A stretch of 32,745 nt of DNA from IMG/VR virus record IMGVR_UViG_3300043395_001001, positions 1 through 32,745 of that record. One strand, 5' to 3'. Below the pieces are notes generated by a model. That model saw nothing but the letters and a program-made list of their open reading frames with translations, made no database searches and was not told the origin of the DNA. Both the position numbers and the translations under genes were made by a program. Shown here piece by piece: positions 21,662 through 30,600 of this stretch. The DNA is from a virus. Its lineage: Duplodnaviria; Caudoviricetes. How positions within the stretch are numbered: the stretch's first letter is position 1; each line of letters opens with the position of its first letter.

Positions 21662-24600
21662 TTAGTCCCGGAGTTGCAGATACCTCGGGTGCATCCGGTA
21701 GGCAGCGTCGAGCTGGCGCAGGCGTTCAGGTGAGATCCGGTAGATGTCCTGACGCTCCTCCTCGCCCATGACAGGCAGGTCGGTGACGTGGCCGTTCAGG
21801 ACCAGTGTCGTCCTGCGGCGGGACAGTCCGGTGTCCACCATGGACCGGGCGATCTCGTTCTTGTCCGAACCGAGACCCTCGAACCCACTGGCGAGGCGGT
21901 CGATCTTCTGCCAGACGCGGCGGGTGGCATCGACACGGTCGGCGTAGATGTCCTCAACGCTGGCGTCCAGGGGTGCCGGGGACTTGAGGCTGCTTGTGAT
22001 CTGCCACAGTTCCGAGTTGGCCTTGCGCTGGTTGTTGAACGCCCGGAAGCGCATGTCCTCGATGCGGTAGTTGCGCGGGCGGAAGATGGCGACCATGGAG
22101 AATGTGATCCCTGCTGGCGAATACCACCAGTTGTCCCGTCCGGTGTCGCCGTCGTTGAGCGAGTCCTTCAGGTCTGCGAGCTTCTTGATCGTCGCAGGGG
22201 TGTAGGCACCCGCTACCACGTGCATCAGCGACTTCCTCAGCTTCTCAGCGTCGGTGTCAGACTCAAGGTAGATCGGGAGTCCGGTCGTCTCGTTGATGTT
22301 CCGCTTCACGTCGATCAGCTTGCTTACAGCCACCTGCTCGCCGAACATGCCGTCCGCGAGGAAGCGATACCACGTGTTCGGGATGTCCTCCGGCTTGCCG
22401 TTGAGCAGGTTCCGCATGGTGGACGTGAACGGGTCAATCGGGAACGAGTAGGGGTTGGCGAAGGTCAGGTCAATCAGCGTGATCGTCTTGTCATCCCTGT
22501 TGATGAGCGGGATAAACGAGGAGTTCTGCGAGTAGGACGGTAAGGCCGCACGGATCGCCTCGTCCTCATCGTCACCGATGCCCGCCGATGCGGCGAGAGC
22601 CAGTGGCGCGATCATCGTCAGGCCACCGTGAACCGTGGCTGCGATAGCCGCCCGTTGGTGGGCGCTCCTGCGGAGAACATCGTTGCCAGACTTGTAGTCC
22701 TCTTGGATGAGGCGGTAAATCTCAAAGGTCGAGCGGATCATTTCGGACTTGAACCCGATGAACGGTGCGATCAAAGCGGAGATGCCGTTCTGCGAAAAGG
22801 TCTCGACCGCCTGCGACCGCATGGAGTGAGTCGGCGTCACGCGCTTGGTGCGGCGTGCGGCCTCTTGTTTGATCTCTTCTTCGGTGCCGAACTTGGCCTT
22901 GGTGAGCAGGTCTTTCCAGTAGTAGTAAACGATGGGGCTGACCACGCCTTCGGTGAAGTCGGCCATCTTGGTGAGGAACTCAAGCGCCTTGGAGGCTTTG
23001 CCCTTAATCGTCCCGAGCGCGTCGATGGACGCCTTGTTGACGTATTTCTCAGCCAGTGCGACAGCTTGGCTCGGCGTCTTGGATCCGGCTTCGATCAGCT
23101 CGTTCAGGTAGCTGACCTGATTGGAATCCTTGAGAACACCGGACGAGACGAGTTCAAGCATCTGGTTGCGGAATGTCTCTGGATCTTTGACGAAGGTGTC
23201 GAACCAGCGGGTGTCTTCACCGAGAACCGACGAGAACAACGACATGCGGTAGCCTTTCTTGTAGGCCCCTCCCGATGCAAACGGGATCGCCCCGACGGCG
23301 ATTGCCGTGATGTGCGATCCGGCGAAACCACGGGTGAAGTAGGCCAGGTTACCGAGCGTTACCACACCCATCGACACACCTGCCAAGTTGCGCAGACGGT
23401 TGTTGAGCCCGGTGAGCACGGCCTGACTCGTGTTCGTCGAGGAACGTCCACCCGTGCCGTAGGCCGAGTCGAACGCCTTCTTGCCCTCGGGCGAGGTGTA
23501 GAGTCCAGCGAGGTGCGGGTAGGATCGGTGCTCTGGGTTGGCCGACACGATGGGCACCCACTTGTCGTAGAGGTTGCGGTTCGCGTCCTTCTGCGCCTTG
23601 GTGATGAGCCAGCCCTCGGCGGTCCCGATGGCCGCAAGCTCGGCCGTCTGGCGGTTGCTGGTGATGAGCTTCGACAGCGCCTCCAGTGTGCGGAGGCTGT
23701 TGAACAGCGGGTCGGTCACCTCCTGCAACGCCTCACGGATCGCCGGGTCGATGTCCTTCTTCTGGCGCAGACGATCAATCGGGAGACGCAGACCGTGGGT
23801 CGCGGACTCGACGGTATCTTGGATGTCGTGACCCATGATGAAGTCCTCGAAAGCGAGGCGGGCTCGTTCGGCGACGTTGACCTTGGCGATGCTCATCAGC
23901 TCTTCCGGATCGGCCTCGGGGCCTGCTTTGCGCTGAAGACGAGCGACCTCGCGGCCGATGGAGAACTGCTCCTGTGCGGCGGCGAGCTGCTCGTCGGTGA
24001 GTCCCTGATACTTGTTCAGGTTGCGCATCAGCTCGATCTCCTGCTCGGCGAAGCTCTTGCGGAACGTCTCGATGGCCGACTGGCGGATCTGCTCGAACTT
24101 GGGATCGTTGAGCATCTGCTGCGCCAAAGCCGGGTTGTGGTGGATGGCGTAGCTGCGGACGAGATAGAGGTCTTCCGAGCGGGTCAGCTTGGCGTGGAAG
24201 TCCGGTGCCTCGGATGCCGGGTAGAGCTTGATGAACTCCTTCTGCAAGGCGAGGCGCTGACTGCGGAACCTGCGGACCCAGGTGCCAACCTTCGGCGCGT
24301 TGGTGTCGAGCCACTGTTGCGAGAGGTCACGCTGACGGGCGAACTCGCGCATGTTCGCTTCCATGGCTCGGTTCTCCATGTCACGTTGAAAATCCATGAC
24401 GGTATTTTCACCACTGGCACGCTTCTCTTTGGCCTGATCGTAGGCTTTCTGCCGGGTCTCGCGGATGCGCTTGTAGGCTTTCTCGTAGTCCGAGATCGCC
24501 GCCTTGCGGGCTTGGGTCTTCAGGCGTCCTTCCTCTTCGATCTCTTCAGCGAGACGCAGGTCGGACTGCACCTGACGCTTGGCTGCGGCGATGGCGTTGC

Positions 24601-27600
24601 GTGCCACGCGCTGAGCCTCCTTGCGCTCGGCATCCTCCGTCTCGGCGAGAACGACCTGACGCCGCTTCACCTCCTCGTTGATGCGCTGCGTGTCGCTGCG
24701 GGTGAGCTGAGGCTCGGTCGTCCCGATGGCACGGTTGAGGTTGTCGCGCACCTCGTCAGTGACCACGGTGCCCTTGATGGCCTTGTCGTAATCGACAGCG
24801 ACGAGACGGCCAAGCTCCTTCTGCGCGTTCTCAAGATACTTGTAGCTCCGGCGCACGTTCTCCGAAGCGAGGGACATGTCCGTCTGACGGATGAACATGC
24901 GCTTCAGGAATCCCGAGACACCTTTGAGATCCCCGCCCTGATTGGCACGGTGGGCGATGTTACCCTCCTGCGCGTTGATCCAGTTCTGCGGGGAGTATTC
25001 CTCGATTGTTTCAGAGACGGTGGTGGAGGGCTGGAACCGGATGTCGGGTGGGGTGGTCTTTACTACGGAGAGAGCATTCCGTGGCGGGACAAATATCTGG
25101 TTCTGCACATCGGACAGACTAAACAATGCCTCTAAAGGCATCCCTGCCACCTCTTGAGAAATTCTCTCCCCAACGGCATTGCGCTCTTCCCCGTTTACGA
25201 ATCTCCCTTCTGTTCTCCCTGCTTCAAATTGAGGAACGAACTCTTCGCTAATCCTGTCCTCTACCTCCAGCTGCAATGCCTGCGTTTGTCTCCAATCAAA
25301 TCCTCGGATGATAATCGCGTCGTGACCGCCCGATTCCATGCGTTGCTGTATGGTGTAATTTACAGCGGTTCTAGCGTACCCCCGTTCCTTCTTTTGCTTT
25401 TCTGCCTCTACATACAGCTCAAGATATGAATCAGGGGTGATGATTAGCGGGTTTTTAGCGTCAATGATAACATCGTTCCTAAACTCGCCAGGCTCCCACC
25501 GGCCCATGTTTGTCCACATTTCCTCATCCTGTGGCTCCATTGCATAGAACCCGTTTCCGAACACGTTGTCTCTATCATCTTGGTCAATCTGATCTGTGAT
25601 GGAAAGCGGCTCTCGTGAGAAATGGACCGCACGGATGGGATTCAACGGCCCTGTTTCGGAGACGGTGGTGGAGGGCTTCTCCCTCGGCTCGTTCTCATCG
25701 AACACCCGAGTCGTCGGTTCGGACTGCCATCCGGTCTTGGCGCGGTGATACTCACGGCCAATGCGGTCGATCATGACGGCGGTGCGCTTGTCGCCCATGC
25801 CGAGCTTGACGCGCTCGACGAGCGACTTGAACGCTGCGGCGAGGTAGCGCATCAGGCGTTGCAGGGCGTCCGGGTTGGACCTGTGGAACACAATGTCCGC
25901 GTCGGTCGTGTTGCCCGTCGTGATGCGCGTGAACAGGTCCTTGAGCCGTGCCTTCTCGTCCGCATCGACCGAGTCACCGAGCGCGTCTTCCGCCGCCTTG
26001 ACCGCGACCGCGTGATTGACGTGAGCGCGAATCACCGCTTCCGCGTTGACCGGGTCGATGTCATCCACCTGCTGACTGATGAGGTCGATGTCGAACTCAT
26101 CCGGCGTCATGCCGTCCGGCAGGAACCCGGTGAGGGTGTTGCGGATGGACTGAACAGGGTCGGACTGGAGTGGAGTTTGTTGGGTTTCACCGGATGGTTG
26201 AAAACGGATGTCGGGTGAAACGGTTTGGAACCGTTGGCTCAGAGGGATGACATTGCCTTGGTCATCGTAGGTGACGGGGTCGGCGGATTTGATTTGGGAG
26301 GGGTCATACGCCACCATCTCGGTGTCGTATGTCTCGCTCTCAGCGATCACCCCGTCAAAACCCGCTCGCCGAAGTCTTTTTTGAAGGGCCTCGCCGCGAA
26401 CCCCCACTCCTGTTTTTCTGATCGTCTCGACCTGCTGCGAAGTAGCCGGATTTTGCAACTTCAAATAAAACATCTTCGGAGGCCCAAACTGTGAGGCATA
26501 TCTTTCCGAGCCAAAGTAAAAACCTTTCCCAAACACCCCTTCGTCGGTGCGCTGCTTGGCATTTTTGCTAAACTCTGTGAATTCTCGGTTTGTCCCATGC
26601 CACACCGGGCCAATGCTATACCCCGCAGCCCGAGCCGCCTCGTCCACCATCCGCTGCGCCGTCTCCATGTCTCCGGCCTCGACGGCGGCGAGGTAGGTAG
26701 CGTCGTTGTCACTGGCGTCGGTGTCACTCGGCTGATAGCGAATATCCGGCGACCCGGTATCCGCCCACTCGTCGGGAAGGATACGCGGTCCCGGTGAGAT
26801 CGGGTCGGCGGATTTGATTTGGGCGGGGTTGAAGACTGCAACAATGTCAGCCGGGTATCGAGCGTCCCAATCAGCGATCCCTGGGTCTTCAAGATTCTCA
26901 AAGATCACGCCATCGTCGCCATCTTTCATGGCGCGACGGAGAACCTTTTTCATCTTGCCTTTGACATCCTCATGGTATGCCCCTTCCATATCGACGATGG
27001 TTCTCTTTTTGAGATCCACAGCGAGCTTCATAACCCTCTCCCCGTGAGATGCCGCAACATCTTCCTGATCGACAAGCCAGATAGCCATCCCTTGAAGAGG
27101 ATCGTCTGTCTTGGTTCCGGTCTTTGTTCTATCAAATTTATTGAACTCAGGGGCGTTTGTCCCGTGGAATACGATTCGCATTCCGGCATCCGTGAGAACC
27201 TTCTCCCGCATCGCCGACAGCTCCTCCCACTTGCCGGGGTTGGCCTCACGCCATGCGGCGATCTGTTCTGCGGTGGCTTCGTCGCTGTCCCGATACAGGT
27301 CTTCGGTGAGTTCAATGAAGCGGGCGGTGTCCGTCGCTTGTCCCGGCATGGCCAGATACACGTCGCTCTTCGACGGTCCCCATGGGCGGGCGGCTGCCGT
27401 CTCAAGGAGACTGGTCATGTCGGCCACCACCTCTGCGCTGATGCGCTCGGACTCGGTGCGGACCCTGCCGTTGAGCAGGTCGCGGATCGTGTCCATGATG
27501 ACGCGCAGCCAGTTCTTCTCGCCCTTGGGTGTCAGCTCTCCGACCGCCTTGCGGAAGTCGGGGTCCGTCCAGAAGTGTGTCACGAACTCGTCGATGCTGC

Positions 27601-30600
27601 TGGTGCCGTAGCGCAGGTTGGCGAGCTTGTCATCCTTGAGTGCCCGACGCTGGACCGACTGGCGGACACGTTCAAGACGGTTGAGAATCTTCTGCTGTGC
27701 GGCCGTCGGGTTTTTGATGCTCTCGACCGTAGCGGCGTGGAGAAGCTCGTGGAGCACGGTGTCCACCGCGCCACGGGGGCCGACGCGGCGGCTGTTGATG
27801 ACGACCTGCCCCGACTTCGGGAGATACATGCCCGCGAAGTTCTCATCGGGCAGGTTCGACAGCGTGACAGGGATGCGTGCCAGCATGTCGCCGAAGTGCT
27901 TCACCAGCAGCGAGGCGATCTGCCGCTCGTGCGGCTTCTTCGACTTGGACGCCACGGACTGAAGGAACCCGGTGACGTTGTTCGGGTTGAAGCCGTATTG
28001 CTCCAGCTCCGAGACTACGGTCGTCCGGGGTGCGGGTTGGCCTTGTTGTTCCGGGCCTTGAGGGCGATAGACGTAGAGATCGCCTTGCTTGACGTATCCT
28101 TCGGGGAGAACAACTCCGTATCTGTCAACAGACTCGACGCCCACCGGAGCTTTTTTGTCAACACGACCCTGTGTCCATCCGTGCCAATAGGCAGGTATGG
28201 TGTAATCTTTTGTCACCTGTCCAATGCCCTTAGACGCTTGGTTTGCCTTCCGGATGTTCCCAAGAATCATGCTGTCAAACATGTTGGGTGTTACCCCCTC
28301 AACCGAAGCATTCTCAGACGATCCATTCTCTACACCCGCCTCATACTCCGTCTTTACTTTACCTTTGTAAGGAACGGGCTGTCTTTGTTGCTCCAACCCC
28401 GCCGTGGCCGTTGGCGCACTTGCTACCGTAGCCACCTGTGCAGCCTCGACAGCGTCCATGCCGTCGAGGTTGATACCCGCCTCAGTGGCGATCATTTCCA
28501 TGGACTGCGGGTGGTCGATCACGTAGGCGGGACCGTTGGCCACCGTCTCCTTGACCGCCACCTCGGACGGTGTGTCGAACACGTCGTCGAAGTTGGGAGC
28601 TACGGCTTCGACCGGGGCAGCACCTTGACCTTGCCCGAGTGCAGCTCCTTGAGGAGCTTCTCCTTCTGGGCTTCCTTCAACGGGCTGACCTTGCTCAGCA
28701 GGTAGCGGACTTGCTTGTTGGTTTTGGTTTTCATCTGGCAGCGGAACTTCGGTGGGACGATAGACAAACAGATCACCTTCGCGGACGTAACCGTCGGGGA
28801 GCTTGATTTTGTAGGTTTCGACGGCTTCGGCGGAAAGAGGATATTGTGGTCCGAGGAAACCCAAGTCTGCTTCCGCATTAACCCTTGTGGTGTCAAGCTC
28901 TTCACGGATGAGATCCTCAATGTCTGCCTTGTGGAGCTTGGCAAGCTGCTTACCCTTCTCTTTCTCCCTTCCGTTCTCACGAGACCATGTGACATACTCA
29001 GCGGGCGTCATCTGACTCACCTTCGCGGGGTTGCGGGTGATCGGCTCGTTTCCGAGAGTGGTCACTTCAACGCCAGCCACGCCTGCATCGCTTGGTGCCT
29101 GCTCAACCCCTCCTTCTGCTTCAGCTTGAGGAAGGTCTTCTTGGGGGGCTTCTTGGATTCGTTCTTCGACGGTGGCATCTGGCGGTGCGGTGTTGGTGAG
29201 TCTTCCACGAACGGGGGCAGGCGCGGACGGGGCGGGCTCAGGCGCGGGCTCAGGCGCGGGCTCTGGTGTGGCCACTACCGCACCTTCACCTTGCGCTTCG
29301 GCAGGCGCAGCAGCTTCCGGAACGCCGCCATCAGGGACAAGGTTCTCTTGCTGCGTCGCCCCCTCTGGCACCGATGGTGCAGCGGCTTGTTCTTCTTGGT
29401 TCTGGACATCCTGGGTAGGTATTGGACCCGCCGCCAACCGACGCAGGGCGCGGGCGGTCTCGGGGGCGTTGGCCTTGTCGAGCTTGGTGGCTACGGACAG
29501 CAGGGTCTCGCGGCGGACACGGGCGGCCTCGGCTTCGGGGGTCTCGTTGCCAATCACGCCGGAGCGGATAGCAGCCACGCCGCCACCGAGGGCACCGCCG
29601 ATCATGCCCGCATACACACCCTCCTTGATCGCCGCACCCACGTCGATCTTCTCACCGCGTCCGATCTGCTCGTTGACAGCGTTGAGCGCGGAGTCGGTGG
29701 CTTCTTCAAGAGCTTCCGCTGCCGCGTCAGCCGGGACGCCGCGCAGGACGGACGACTGGATGCCCTTGCGGATGGTGGACCGCAGGAACGTGTCCGCGCT
29801 GGCCATGTCGATGCCCTCCTTGAAGGACGCCGGGAGCGAGGCCCACTCGTTGCGCAGCTTGGCGTAGATGCCGCTGACCTGGCCACGGGTGAGGTCGCCT
29901 GTCAGGACACGCTCAAGACCCTTGGCACCGAGCATCTGGAACGCATTGGTCACGCCGAGGGTGATCGCACCTGCGACCATGGCATGCGGTAGCGCGATCT
30001 CACGCGCCTGCTCCGGCGTCTTGCCCTGTGCCTCCAATGCGGAGGTGAGCCCGACGTAGGTCGAGGACGCGCTGCGGTTGAACCAGACGGCGTTCATCCC
30101 GACGTTGCTGCCGACGCTGGTCAGGTTCTTGACCATGTCGCGTCCGGCGAGTGTGATGACCTCGTCCGCTGTGGTGGCCGTGCCTTCGCGGGCTGCCGAG
30201 CGGGACAGGAACCGGGTAACCATGGAGTTCGCCTCCTCGGTGAGAGCAGTGCGCAGCGTGGCCCTGAGTCCGGCCTTCAGCGAGGTCTTGACCGCTGCGC
30301 CTGCGGTGGCGCGGACAGCGGCACCGATGCCGAACGAGGTGGCGAGGTCAGCCGCCACGGGGGCGAGGGTGTTCTGGAGGTCGAACTGCCACCCGAGGTT
30401 CTGGCCGTAGAGCTGGGAATATGCCTTGCGGGATGCCTGATCCTTCTGAAGTCGTTGTAAAGTATCCGTTGCGGATGTATTCCCCATCAGGGCGAGAGGT
30501 CCGAGGAACAGAGTCCCGGCCGCATCGGCGACCGACATGGCCGCGCCACCCACGTAGCGGTCCCATGCGTTCGGGTCGTTCTCCTTGTCGTTCATCCACG

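Noticed and set aside
25033-25651. Intein or self-splicing intron explanation for the in-frame cassette
   Set aside because: No intein C-terminal HN-(C/S/T) motif, no homing endonuclease motif, and the frame stays open through a domain typical of these proteins.
28010-28430. Possible fourth nested +1-frame peptide
   Set aside because: Short basic stretches exist in that frame but lack a suitably placed ATG and a clear codon-bias switch.
21483-29263. Short coding tandem repeats (18 bp at 21483-21518; 12 bp APEP at 29232-29263)
   Set aside because: In-frame slippage repeats in disordered linkers; unit lengths are multiples of 3, so no phase variation.
3588-29992. Long plus-strand ORFs antisense to minus-strand genes (3588..4835, 7686..9221, 10773..12215, 12909..13826, 22628..25135, 26819..28705, 28715..29992)
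   Set aside because: Shadow ORFs expected opposite high-GC3 genes; no recognisable motifs and no start context.
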